Part shown: positions 36,440-47,393 of the stretch, piece after piece
How the letters are laid out: every line of letters starts with the position of its first letter
Numbering within the stretch: the stretch's first letter is position 1
NCBI GenBank assembly: GCA_001687465.1
Contig: LVLI01000327.1
Coordinates: 1-64,000, forward strand
Source of the DNA: Halocafeteria seosinensis
Taxonomy: Eukaryota
Reading direction: 5' to 3'
Length of the DNA stretch: 64,000 nucleotides
Made by a program: the position numbers and the translations under genes
The notes under the pieces: generated by a model
Seen by the model: the letters and a program-made list of their open reading frames with translations, nothing else
What the model was told of the DNA's origin: nothing
The model's database searches: none

Positions 36440-39400
36440 CTATTTTTTTCGGGATCGAAGAACCCTCCTAGTTTGCTGCAGACATACCAGTGCTTTTGCT
36501 GTGCAGTAGAAGAGCCCATTCAGACGTTTCATACGCAGACGAAGTACGTCTGTCGCTTCGTCGGATGCTTTGATACCCATATAATCGCTGCTTATTGAGT
36601 TATCAGCGATCTCTTCATGCTGATTCCCGGAGCGTACGCTACTGGTAGGTGTGTCGTAGCGCGGTTCTTGCTCACAACTAGATTTTGGTGACAACTGAGG
36701 ATCGCTCCGGTCATCGATGGCATCAATGATTTTGAATATTTGATCTCCTTCCCTGTTGGTCTGGGACGAAACGTCTTCATAGGAGTTAATAAGCTTTCTG
36801 TACGTTTCACTCCTGGCTATGTGCTCTCTTTCAGACTTTCGATCTAGTCTCCGCTTTTCAATGGCTTCGATAGCATGTTTTGGAGACCTTATAGGCGAAA
36901 ATGGGGCAACTCTCCTGGCTCGGTTATCTTTCGCCCCTGGTCTATTGCTGTTGTTTTCGTTTGTTCGCGAGAGTATGGGTGTTGGAAGCCTCGCTGCGTA
37001 TTGTTTGGAGCTCTTTTTTTTCTTGTGCGATCTTCTTCTGCGGGGATGTTTCGGACGGTCTTCTTTCGTTTCATCATGGTTTAAATAAATTTTTCGAACA
37101 GTCTTGCTTCGTGCGACACGGGACTTCAATTTTGCCACCGGTGGAAAAAATGGTAATGTTCCCGCGCTTGTATCTAAGTCTTCCTTCCTTATACCATTTG
37201 CCACCGATTTTACCACACTATGCTTCAAAGGAGAGAATATTTTGTGATCCCCGTTGGAAGCTTTGGTGGTTCCAGCTGGGGCACTTAAGGGCCTTATCCG
37301 AAACGTAGAGTGCGAATATGAAGAGTGCATCGTATCCGTGGCATCAGATGACTGCATCGCTGTTAAGCAATTTATTCGCATGAGCGTAGACTTCGAAAAA
37401 GCCGTATATCCAAGCGCCGAAAAGATCTCCAGCAGTACTACGCGAAAAATTGTCCCGTGTTTTCTACTGGAGATGAGCTGTTCCTGGATGGGCTCTAAGT
37501 CATCAGTATTGTGATGGTGCATCATGATCTCCGCTGTTGTTGAAACAAATATGGTAGCCCAGAACCTTAAGAGGTAACTCATGTAATCCGTTATTTGTTT
37601 CCACGTGATTGGGATGCTCTTAGTTATCCTCTCCAAGAGTTTTGACGTGCGCTGAAGAAACGTCTCTTCCGTATGAGCGCTTTGAGGAGTTGAACACTCC
37701 ACAGCGAATGCTATCAGTAAGGTTAACAGCTCTTTCCGTGAGCAGGCAACGCGAAGATTGGATGCTTTTACTCGAGCAAATATTGTCGGCTGTGCATAGT
37801 GCTCCACCACCTCAAGTGCCAGATCTCGAGCATTATCAATTGTATCATCGTTGATTTGAACATGTAACCCACGGAAAGTACACCACTGAGGCAGTATAAC
37901 ACTCTGGACACCCAGTTCTTTCGATCCCCCTTCGAAGGTCGCCGAGAGGAGAAATATCAGCCGATCCACTATGCGTAACGCGAGTTTTTTCACCGTTCCT
38001 TGGGTTGAAACAAGTTTAATGGTATCAAGGGAAGTGAACGAACCAGCCGTTTTATGCAGCTTTGCAAGAGAGTGCATAAACCTGTGAAACGTTGCTCTGC
38101 CTGTAGGCTCAGTTGCTCCTTGGCTCTGAATCTCCATTGCACTGTAGTAACTCTGCAGAATTTGAGAGCAGATGCTGCAGGCATGGTTTTGTGGCGGCGC
38201 AAGCATTGGCCAGTGTCTAATGTTTGTACCGAATTTCTTCGTAGCACACGGAATAAATGTGATAGAAAAATCGGCACTATACACAAGCGGAATATCTCCG
38301 GCCTTTTCTTTCCTTACCACAGGAAGTGCATCCATACGAGTTAGGTCGTACCTTCTTTCGGCGACGGTAGCGCAATAAGCGGCGAGCACGTTCCTCAGAT
38401 GACCAGGAGCCGTTATGCTCGAAAATTTTTCAAGAGTGAATCCCGACCAGGTTTGCTTTTCTTTACTATCACTTTGATAAGATATTGGTAGGCCGTGTCC
38501 CGAGTGTATTCCATCAGCGACGAAAAAGAATGACTGGACTTTCACCGTTTTACCCGGAGTAATAAACGCGGGATAAAGCGGAATACAGGCAACCGCTGGA
38601 AGCTCTTCCGGACCATTCTGTATCAAGGCATCTACCTGAAGGTAGTCGGTGGCCGTAAATTTAACGGCGGTGCGAGCGGTACTGCTTGGTTTTGCAGTCA
38701 ATTCACCCGCTTCGCAGAACGTGTACTTGCCACCAGCGTTCATCTCGGGGCCTTCGAACATGGAGGTATCAATGTGAAACGAGGGTAAGTGAATTGCTTC
38801 ATTTGCATCAGCGGACTTGGCTCCCCTTATAAGATGAACGAGCGTTGTTTTTATCCTACCTGTCGACTCGTCATTTGTCCAGACAAGTCCAGAAACGCTT
38901 GTTGTTGTGGTGAGTTTTCTCTTGGAGCTAGATGATGGTACGTTGACGGCGACGGGAACAACGTCTGGCGTGTGACAAGTCATGATGCCGGTGAATTCCC
39001 CTTCTTGCTTTCTGGATTCTTCTGAGGCGCCGCTTTTAATACCATTAACGCGGCATTGTACAAAGTAATTGCCATACAATTCCCCCCTGTCCAGAACATC
39101 GTTCGACAATTTCATTAACTCTGCAGTTGGAGAAAGCTGCATCTCAAGCTGGTGGTGCTCTAAACCCTCTTCGTGCAAAGTCCAGTGAAATGTTTTCCAT
39201 TTTACTCTTCCGGACGCCAGTTTTATCCCTTTACCCTTGCTAGTGGGTGCAAGATTTACTCTTTGCGCAACGTTCACTATTTTGTGGGCGGCTGACGGGT
39301 GCTCCTTTAGGTGTTGCAATTCTTGATTGTGACGGACGGCATCGCGTCTGATCGCTTCACAACTATCAGCATTAAACGCCACTAGTCTAATGGACAGCGC

Positions 39401-41062
39401 TGCGAGACCATCGTCTTCGTCTTCTTTTGAGGAACCTATGTAATGGTCGTGCTCAGGGAGTACGTTATGCAGCATTAGTGGCTTGTTCCATATGATTCTG
39501 CATGGCTCGCTCTGCTTCGATTCTTCAAGATAGGTTCCCAAGAGCTCCGTCATGGAAGTATCGTTTTGGAGAGTCCAAAGATATTGGCGGCCACCTATCG
39601 GTTGTAGAGTCGCTCTGTATTGGGTGCCTGTGCTCTGGTCATCTCCCGGGCCCACTGGTCGCCCGTGCGGCTGAATTTGCATACAAAGCAACATCCGTTT
39701 TTCAGAAATCCAATTGACCAGCCCAGCCGGCAATGTGGCAGTGATATCGTCGAGAATAATTGTTTGGGAAGCCCAAGATTGGGGAAGCATTTCCGCTGGC
39801 GTCGGTACACGCTCTACCTGTCTGCAAGCCGGGGATTTTGTTACTGTACCACCGGCGCATGATTCTCTAAAGCAGTGCCAACTTGCTGTAACATGGCCAC
39901 AAATGTCCCAATCTACCGCGTTGTCGGGTGCACTTTTGCTTTTTTCTTGCTCCATTGCAACGTTGGGTTTCTCTAAATTCAAAGTAGCTGTCCTGCATAG
40001 TCCTTTTTCGGCAGTTGTCCGAGTTATTGGTAGCAATGTAGTGCCTGCAAGGTACGCAGGCTTCTCAGAACCATTCATGGATACGTATACATCAAGCAAG
40101 AATGTCGGAAGGGCATCTGCTCCCAGGGTTTGCTCGGTTGGTAGCTTAATGCCTTCCAATGATACAACTATGCCTTGGTTCAGGGTAGCTGTTGCGGTGC
40201 GGGCCCAACGGAATGGAGAAGCTGAAATTTGAGCCCATTTATCCCTCTTCAACTTGGACGCACTAGGGCTCGATGCTGTCTCCAGACGTTCCTCGAAAAA
40301 GTTGAATCCTGTGTACTTGGGCTTTGAAGAATCCGCAGTGTAGGTTGACAATTTTGCATGCACTGAGAAGTTGTTGAGGCGGCCAGGGCCCTTTGGGCGA
40401 TCAGTGACTAAATTGCACAGGTATTCTCCATTGATAGTTACATTCTCCAAGTAAACATTCACAGCTAGGTTTTCCTTCTGAAAATCCTGAATCTTCGGAA
40501 TAGGATTACACAGATCTGGTGAGGTACTGCACAGCATGCGCAGGTGAAGGAAGGTATCCTGCTCGTGATACCCATGCCCTGGAATTTTCGTATTTGCAGA
40601 AGTCATAGCTTTGGTAAATGCTAGTGGAAGAAGAACCTCATAGGGTTCACCATCTACTGCAAGTAATGTAGCCAATGAGATGGTGGCGTACGATTTGCAG
40701 CACCAGTCTTCTTGCTCAGACTTATAGCGCCGAACTCCGGAAATTTTCGATTCCACTTGAACTTTGGCATTGCTGCAGCAGCTGAGAGGAATCTTCTCCT
40801 TCGTAACGTTGGCGAAGCTCTTCCAATTGTGGCCGTTTGCCAATGTGGGTGTAAATACCGACGAATAGCTATGGACATTGGTTTGTTTTTCGACCGTGTT
40901 CCGTGCAATGTCTCCTTTCCAAAGCCCTAACGAGACAGGTTTAACTTTATGCTCCAGCAGCAGGGTTATTTCTAGCTCTGCTCGTGTGATACGAGCTTTG
41001 GAGGCATGGATATCTCCACTGAGAGTTAAGGGCAGAACCACAAACTTTGCTGTGATGCTCAT
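36440..41062 (-). CDS. Hypothetical 1540-aa protein, possibly with C2-like beta domains; basic low-complexity C-terminus
   Basis: A 4.6-kb uninterrupted ORF. A short upstream exon (ATG ~41219) may exist. No confident family assignment. Confidence 0.75.
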   Translation of the reverse strand: MSITAKFVVLPLTLSGDIHASKARITRAELEITLLLEHKVKPVSLGLWKGDIARNTVEKQTNVHSYSSVFTPTLANGHNWKSFANVTKEKIPLSCCSNAKVQVESKISGVRRYKSEQEDWCCKSYATISLATLLAVDGEPYEVLLPLAFTKAMTSANTKIPGHGYHEQDTFLHLRMLCSTSPDLCNPIPKIQDFQKENLAVNVYLENVTINGEYLCNLVTDRPKGPGRLNNFSVHAKLSTYTADSSKPKYTGFNFFEERLETASSPSASKLKRDKWAQISASPFRWARTATATLNQGIVVSLEGIKLPTEQTLGADALPTFLLDVYVSMNGSEKPAYLAGTTLLPITRTTAEKGLCRTATLNLEKPNVAMEQEKSKSAPDNAVDWDICGHVTASWHCFRESCAGGTVTKSPACRQVERVPTPAEMLPQSWASQTIILDDITATLPAGLVNWISEKRMLLCMQIQPHGRPVGPGDDQSTGTQYRATLQPIGGRQYLWTLQNDTSMTELLGTYLEESKQSEPCRIIWNKPLMLHNVLPEHDHYIGSSKEDEDDGLAALSIRLVAFNADSCEAIRRDAVRHNQELQHLKEHPSAAHKIVNVAQRVNLAPTSKGKGIKLASGRVKWKTFHWTLHEEGLEHHQLEMQLSPTAELMKLSNDVLDRGELYGNYFVQCRVNGIKSGASEESRKQEGEFTGIMTCHTPDVVPVAVNVPSSSSKRKLTTTTSVSGLVWTNDESTGRIKTTLVHLIRGAKSADANEAIHLPSFHIDTSMFEGPEMNAGGKYTFCEAGELTAKPSSTARTAVKFTATDYLQVDALIQNGPEELPAVACIPLYPAFITPGKTVKVQSFFFVADGIHSGHGLPISYQSDSKEKQTWSGFTLEKFSSITAPGHLRNVLAAYCATVAERRYDLTRMDALPVVRKEKAGDIPLVYSADFSITFIPCATKKFGTNIRHWPMLAPPQNHACSICSQILQSYYSAMEIQSQGATEPTGRATFHRFMHSLAKLHKTAGSFTSLDTIKLVSTQGTVKKLALRIVDRLIFLLSATFEGGSKELGVQSVILPQWCTFRGLHVQINDDTIDNARDLALEVVEHYAQPTIFARVKASNLRVACSRKELLTLLIAFAVECSTPQSAHTEETFLQRTSKLLERITKSIPITWKQITDYMSYLLRFWATIFVSTTAEIMMHHHNTDDLEPIQEQLISSRKHGTIFRVVLLEIFSALGYTAFSKSTLMRINCLTAMQSSDATDTMHSSYSHSTFRIRPLSAPAGTTKASNGDHKIFSPLKHSVVKSVANGIRKEDLDTSAGTLPFFPPVAKLKSRVARSKTVRKIYLNHDETKEDRPKHPRRRRSHKKKKSSKQYAARLPTPILSRTNENNSNRPGAKDNRARRVAPFSPIRSPKHAIEAIEKRRLDRKSEREHIARSETYRKLINSYEDVSSQTNREGDQIFKIIDAIDDRSDPQLSPKSSCEQEPRYDTPTSSVRSGNQHEEIADNSISSDYMGIKASDEATDVLRLRMKRLNGLFYCTAKALVCLQQTRRVLRSRKK

Positions 41063-41319
41063 CGTGCTAATGAGGTTCTGGAACCGTTCTGCGCCCGAAA
41101 GTAACTTCTGCTGCGCTGACAGTAAATGTGTGTCCCCGTTTGCCTATAATTGTTTAACGGGCGGTCTTTTTCCTCACTTCTATATTACTACCTTTACTTT
41201 TGCGTATGAACGGAGACATTAAGTGATGACATAATGACAAATGCCCGAGTAGTGTCGTTTTATGGCGTACAGTACCTACTAGTAAGACAGCCGTTAAGGC
41301 GTTAAAGGGCAAGTGGCTA

Positions 41320-41467
41320 CAAGTTGAGGTTTTCTTCAACGAAGTGTGGCCCACAAGTTGTTGCCAACTTGTTGGCCCAATGTTGGGCCACAACAGCCTT
41401 GCCCTGGGCCCCACAGGGCCTGGGGGCCAGGCTTGTGGCCCAAGTTGTGGGCCCACACCTCAAGTTG
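41320..41467. repeat. Nested inverted-repeat element built from GGCCC/GGGCC and CAAGTTG/CAACTTG units
   Basis: Perfect inverted pairs: CAAGTTG 41354-60/CAACTTG 41365-71, TGGCCCAA 41373-80/TTGGGCCA 41383-90, TTGGGCCACAA 41383-93/TTGTGGCCCAA 41433-43, TTGAGGT 41324-30/ACCTCAA 41457-63. Confidence 0.8.
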
Positions 41468-41778
41468 CAAACTTACCACAAAAGGTCTTCACACAGATTT
41501 CGGGACTTCGGAAAAGTAAGAACTGAGAATAGAGGAGAGATATTTTGAACAGGGTACTGTAAGCACCGGTAGCAGCATGTGTTACAAGCGGCGTAACATT
41601 ATTGAGTGAGTGCGGACGCAGACCATTATAAGCCTTCCACAAAGCAATCATTGCGCCTCTCTTGGTACCAAACTTACAAGATTGGAACTCGAGACTTCTG
41701 ACGTTAATCAATAACAGCAGGCGCGGCATAGCAAACTCTTGCCTCGCTACAACTTGCAAGTCGAAGTTTCACCCAGTG

Positions 41779-42384
41779 CTATTTTACTAAGGGGCCACCA
41801 TACCCTTTGGTACCTTCTATTCCCTTATTTAGGTGCATAAGCTCTTCCTCATATCGACTTCGTGGGGTCTTCTGCTCCTGCTCTTGAGATAGACTCCTTG
41901 ACCTAGAACGAGAATATTTTCTTTCTCGCTTGGCCGCGCGACCCTCATTATCGCCTTCGCCTTCATCACCATGTTCCTCTTGTTCGTCGTCTTCGAATGT
42001 AGACGAAGTATTGCCGTGGCGACCGTGCTTTCCTGCTTTGGTACGGGAAACAGCTAGCTTAATCCGGGCACCCTCCCCTTTTCTCTTCTTTAAATTGATA
42101 GCACTTGTTACTCTTGAGCTGGATGTGGTGGTGGTTCCTGATCCTGCTGCACTGATCGAAGAATAACTGCAAACATCCACGGACGGAAATATCATCCATG
42201 TAGAACAAGAGTACGGCACGTTCGCTTACCCAGTAGCGATTGCGCCTTGCTCACTGCTTTGTGCTGGCGGAGGATAGCTGAAATCTGTGTTCTGATGTGC
42301 CCATTTCGATACTTGGTAGCGCATGTTGTAAAAATACTGCATCCCAGTCACTGGGTCGATGTGAGTTGTCCAGATCCCACTCAT
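41779..42384 (-). CDS. Small WW-domain protein with RS-like segment and C-terminal ...GPLVK tail
   Basis: Exon 1 (not in ORF track): MSGIWTTHIDPVTGMQYFYNMRYQVSKWAH, a WW pattern. A phase-2 GTAAGC...TTGCAG intron (~42167-42229) joins it in frame to ORF 41779..42219 (SRSRSRS...YEEELMHLNKGIEGTKGYGGPLVK). Confidence 0.8.
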
Positions 42385-42707
42385 TGTTTCGACTTCTGCT
42401 CTTTCGACAACATTTCACCACGACGACGGTATAGCATTTAGACACACACGTATGTAGACATGTCATAGCAGAGTAATGCAACTGCAGCGTTGTGGAATGG
42501 ATCCATCTATCTGTGAACTACCGCTTCAACAATACCGCAGGTGCATACCACATGGACACAATATATACGGGTAGTCAAGATTGTGTCGTACAGGTAGCGT
42601 TTTCTAGTGTATATGCTTTTTCAATCGTGCTCATCAAATTATGCTTTACACAATGGTTGTAGGGTAGAGTCGTGCAAGCTTAAGGTTCGACGCAAACAGC
42701 CGCAGTG

Positions 42708-43431
42708 ATGGGAGGGAAAGTCTCTCGTTTTAAAAGGAGACATGATAGGAGGGTTCTACTACTGGGGTTAGATGGAGCGGGCAAGTCAACGCTGATTTCC
42801 CGGTTGTTGGATAAGAAGGAAGAGGTAGCCCCAACGACGAAGGCACAATTTGAACAGGTACGCAGGATGGATCTGCCGATAGCTTATGTAGCTGATGCCA
42901 ACGCTTAATGTTTGGAGCAGGTCCGAATCGGGAAATGGACACTGAAATTGTGGGATCTCCCTGGAGAAGCTAGACTACGGCCTTATTGGCGACACTACTT
43001 CATTGGAGCAGAGGTAGGTTGTACCGTCCCAACCGGTTCTCTGGTCCTGAACCTCGTTCAGAATTGTTGGCATTACACAGGGTGTAATTTTCGTGGTGGA
43101 TGTATCTGACGAAGAACGCTTAGATATGGCTGCGGCAGAATTAGCTTCGATTGTGAATGATGAATTCTTGAAGGTGAGATATGGTTCTTGGGTGGTTAAC
43201 AATTGGCAGTGGAAATGAACCGGTAGAGCCATGCAGGATGCATCATTTTTGATTTTAATCAATAAAAAGGACCAACCTGATGCTATTAGTGAGGAAGAGG
43301 CAAAGCGTCGACTCGATCTAGAGTCAGTTATGGGCGACAAGAAATATTGTGTTTTCAGTATTTCCGCCGGATCAGGAGAAGGGGTAGATGCTGCTCTCTT
43401 CGAATTCGCTCAGCATTCTAGACCAATGTAG
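42708..43431 (+). CDS. ARF-like small GTPase (divergent Arl)
   Basis: Gly2 myristoylation site, GLDGAGKST, WDLPGE, LRPYWRHYF, GVIFVVD, NKKD and SA..GEG. Three short introns. Confidence 0.92.
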
Positions 43432-43613
43432 CTCCCATTGGACGAAATGGTGTCCCTTCGACGAGTACACGAAGTTAGTAGCTGGCAACTTCTCAACTCG
43501 CTACCTGTGCAGCCTGTCCCTGTGGCGGAGTGCAATTTGGATCCGTGTGTGCGGAATTTAACACACTAATAAAACCAACCTTGTTCTCGACATGTTCGGC
43601 CACGAAAACGAAC

Positions 43614-45263
43614 CTACAGCCTTGTGTCAAGGGGACCACCGGCTTTTGAGTTCTTGGACACGGAGTTTCGCTCCATTGGTTTGATTTGTTTGCGCGTGGA
43701 CGTTAACGCGATCTCCAGCAATGAAGCTGCCAGCCGCAGAAGTAAGCCATGGGAACCAACGGGAAACGTAGGTGAGTTCTCTACCGGCAGGAAGTGTTCA
43801 ATCTCGGTACAGCACGTCTTCAGGGCATCGATATTTAGACCGTGTCCTGAATCGCAAACCCAATAGCCCTTGCTCTTCTTGTTCAAAGAATAATCTCGCA
43901 TGGCTATAGCATCAGCCTCGGGTGTGCCGGGTGTAAAGTACGGCTTGTGAAGCGTATCGTCAATTGGCCATAATAACAGAACTGGGTGTGCTATTGCACC
44001 GTGCTCTCCTTGGGCTGTTTCGGACGTCGTGCCTATCAAGCTTTCGGTCGGAAACCCTGGCGGAGTAAGGTACTTATTCACGTCACACGTCGCTGATAAC
44101 TTTGCCATCCTGGGGGTTCGACCTAAATGGTAGAATATATACATTGCTAGTCTCCGCGTCAGTAAGTTGTGCGAAGGAACTAGGTATCTCATTGACCACG
44201 AGCGGATACCTATCAGGCCTAAGACGCTGATATGGCGATACCGGCTATGACCAGCGGGCGAGAGCAAGATCACCTCCTTTAGAAGCTTAGGGTTCCTGGA
44301 CGCTAACTCCGAAGCCAGCCACCCTCCATAAGAATGCCCTACGACGGCCACTCGTGTGAACTGACCGCTCGATGCAACGAGCTTTTGCACTAGTCTGCTG
44401 GTAGTATCAACCTGGTTGTGCCATTCAATAGTTTCATTATTGTGGCAGGACCTGCTGTATCCAAAATCAAAGCCAAGGTGATCAGGAATGAGGATTCGTC
44501 TGCCTGTACGTTTGGCCAACACAATGCCTAAGAGCATCATGCTCTGTGCAGTTGTAAAGAGGCCATGCAGGAGTAATATTGGCGGACACTGCTCTGATTG
44601 TATCCCAGTAATAGTATCATACACATGGAATTTTCCGTCCACTGTAGTGATCAATGTAGAGTGAAAGCCAATAAGTGAGGCAAGTTGCCTTGCAACAATT
44701 GCTTGAGTCATCAAGAGAGCGTATAGTGGCCAGGGCATAGGCCGAGGGGCTATCGGCTCAAGCCCTTCTGGTTTATCACTAGAGCCTGCCGAATCCTCTA
44801 CCATCCTCGACGGAGCAAGTTTGATCCCGGCCTCGGTACTGATCTGTGTGGCTATTCGTGTGCAATCACTCCGATTCCACGGTGTAGGCCCATGTAGCTG
44901 CAGTCTCCAAAGGGTGTACAGCATCCTCCGTACTCCTTCGGCAGCCTTATCGAGAGTCATATTTTGGATATTGTCGATGGTCATTATGTCGGCGATGTCA
45001 CGGAGAATGCAATACGGAGGTAAAACTCTCCCATATGCTCCAAAGAGGCGCCTCCAGTGTCTCTCGGGACTCAATCCGAATCTGCGCAAGGATAGCTCCC
45101 CAGATGATGTCGAGTATTTATGATTTTCATAGTGCGGTACATCTGCGTCGATATTCGGCCATGGGAGTCGTCTGTGCTTCATCCATCGTACTAGTGTATA
45201 CGCCACGCCGAGAGCTGCAAGAGCTCTTTTCATCGTGGCGTGGCTTAGAATTTCACAGCTCAT
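43614..45263 (-). CDS. Alpha/beta hydrolase fold protein
   Basis: LLLHGL, PDHLGFDFGYS, nucleophile elbow VGHSYGG, LLSPAG and SGHGLN. Single exon. First in-frame ATG at 45263. Confidence 0.88.
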   Translation of the reverse strand: MSCEILSHATMKRALAALGVAYTLVRWMKHRRLPWPNIDADVPHYENHKYSTSSGELSLRRFGLSPERHWRRLFGAYGRVLPPYCILRDIADIMTIDNIQNMTLDKAAEGVRRMLYTLWRLQLHGPTPWNRSDCTRIATQISTEAGIKLAPSRMVEDSAGSSDKPEGLEPIAPRPMPWPLYALLMTQAIVARQLASLIGFHSTLITTVDGKFHVYDTITGIQSEQCPPILLLHGLFTTAQSMMLLGIVLAKRTGRRILIPDHLGFDFGYSRSCHNNETIEWHNQVDTTSRLVQKLVASSGQFTRVAVVGHSYGGWLASELASRNPKLLKEVILLSPAGHSRYRHISVLGLIGIRSWSMRYLVPSHNLLTRRLAMYIFYHLGRTPRMAKLSATCDVNKYLTPPGFPTESLIGTTSETAQGEHGAIAHPVLLLWPIDDTLHKPYFTPGTPEADAIAMRDYSLNKKSKGYWVCDSGHGLNIDALKTCCTEIEHFLPVENSPTFPVGSHGLLLRLAASLLEIALTSTRKQIKPMERNSVSKNSKAGGPLDTRL

Positions 45264-45409
45264 CTCATTGTCTAGCTTCTCCACATTAAACGGTAATGTA
45301 AACCAAACAACAACGATATTTTGTAAGATAAACTAGCGACCATTAATAATACTAGTCAATATATAGTCTACGGATCTGTAGTAAGGCAAACACAACCCAA
45401 CAAAGCAAG

Positions 45410-47387
45410 ATGCTGATGCCCATGCAGCCAGTCCCTCGGTCCATGCCCGAGGAAGGTCAAGACCCTCGTGTGACTGAGATGCCCAATGAATTAACGACTA
45501 ACTTAGATGTTGCAACGGTGGATGATGCGATGGAGATGCTCCGACGCTCAGATATGCAAATGTTCGAAGGATTTCGAGGGTATTCCAACCTGTATTCCAA
45601 AATTCCTGCCATGACGGAAGCCATCAACTACATACGAGACGCCATACGGCATCCGAAAGGAAGAATAATTTTTTCGGGATCAGGAACTTCGGGGCGCATG
45701 GCTGCCATGATGGCACGGCTGAATAACTCACGACTGGAGAAGTTAGGGCACAAACCATCCTTCATGTATCTTATTGCCGGAGGCGAAGCAGCACTGCTTC
45801 GGGCCCAAGAAAGTGCGGAGGATTTATCACAACAAGCAGTCAACGAATTAAAGACTCTCATGCCGCCAAGCGAGGAGCATGAAGGAACCACAGGCTACGA
45901 CTATACAGCCCCTGTGGTGTTTATTGGATTGTCCTGCGGGATGTCGGCAACCTATTCCGGGGCTCAAGCGCACTGGCTTCTACGGCAAAGAGCCGATAAC
46001 CCAGGGGTGCCATGGTCTACGATAATTCTCGGCTTCAATCCTCTTGGGGGCGTTAGAAGTGCTCCCATTAAGGGATGGGAAATCAGCTTCCGTGATGTTC
46101 TCGCTGATATGATAACCTTGAGAAATTTTTTAGATGAAGAAACAACCACCGCTTTGTTCAAGCCCATCATTATCAACCCTGTGTTAGGGCCTGAATCTAT
46201 TGCAGGAAGCACAAGTAAGATTAGATGGCTTTATGGCTCTTTATGATATAGGCGTGTAGTCACACCGCAACTTTGCTATTTCAGGGATGAAGGGCGGCAG
46301 TGCAACAAAGATCATTCTAGATGTTTTGACTATAGAGTCAATGAATCTGCTGGAAGAAGATCGACGAACACAGGACAATGTATATGCAAGTAGTGAAGCC
46401 GTAAAACACACCCTCGACATGTTTAAGCAGACGGTAGAGGATGTTTATGATAACGGTTTCAAAAAGGGTTGCACCGATATTGCGCGATGTGCTGGGGAGA
46501 GCCTCAGACGAGGGGGTCATGTTTATTATATTGGTCTAGATATTGCGGGAGTTGTCGCGCTAATTGACGCTTCAGAATGCCCGCCAACGTTTGGTGCAGC
46601 ATTTGACGACGTCCTGACGTTTATGAATGAAGGATTTGCATGCTTGGGCGAAGCTGCCCACGCCTCGCTAACACGATGTGATGGTGGAACAGCGGAAGAG
46701 GTAGCAACAAGAGTAGATTGGACGAAGATTTCGCTGAGCACGTTTCAACAGTACTTTTTGCCGTCACTGAAGTCTACAGACACAGTTGTTTTCGTTGGGA
46801 TAGCTAACGATTCGAGCATCTCCCTTGAATGCTTGAAAGAATTGAAGACGAAAACTGTGGAGGCGCTGGACTTCGTCTATGATCTCACCATTTGTAATAC
46901 TGACGCACGGAGTGAAAACCCTGGCCGCTCTGTATCGCTTCGTCTCCATTCACTTGGAGTACAGTTAGGGGACTTCACAACTACTTCCTACGGAGAAATT
47001 GCTCTTAAAGTGGCCTTGAATAATATCTCATCGACAGCTCACGTGATGAAAGGCTGTGTTTACCAGAATCGTATGATAAACTTGGCGGTTACAAATGCAA
47101 AGTTGTTCCGCCGGACAGTTCAAATCATTCACGATTTGTCTGGGGCAACAGACTCAGTTGCTTACATATGCTTGCTGAAGGCGATCTATAAACGTGATCA
47201 CGTACATGATTTGAAGGACTGCGACATCTCGGATCACATTGCGGCGGCTGCCAACCGCAAGCAGGTGGTACCTTTGGCACTACTCCTTGCAGCCAAAAAC
47301 GGCACAATAGAGTGTGGAGCTGCTGAGAAGACACTTCTGGAAGAGCCTGTACTGCGAGTTGCTCTTTCAAACGCGTTCAGTCGATAA
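45410..47387 (+). CDS. Glucokinase regulatory protein (GCKR)-like double SIS-domain protein
   Basis: VTEMPNELTTNLDVA, GSGTSGRMA, IGLSCGMSATY, GFNP, GPESIAGSTRMKGGSATKIIL (spliced across ~46214-46285), DASECPPTFG and LNNISSTAHVMKG..NRMINL..NAKL. The ~630-aa length matches GCKR rather than the shorter MurQ. Confidence 0.85.
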
Positions 47388-47393
47388 AATCTC

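Noticed and set aside
41154..41548. ORFs across the palindromic cassette, or a CRISPR-like reading of it
   Set aside because: The ORFs are by-products of GC-rich repeats. There are no regularly spaced direct repeats with unique spacers and no cas genes.
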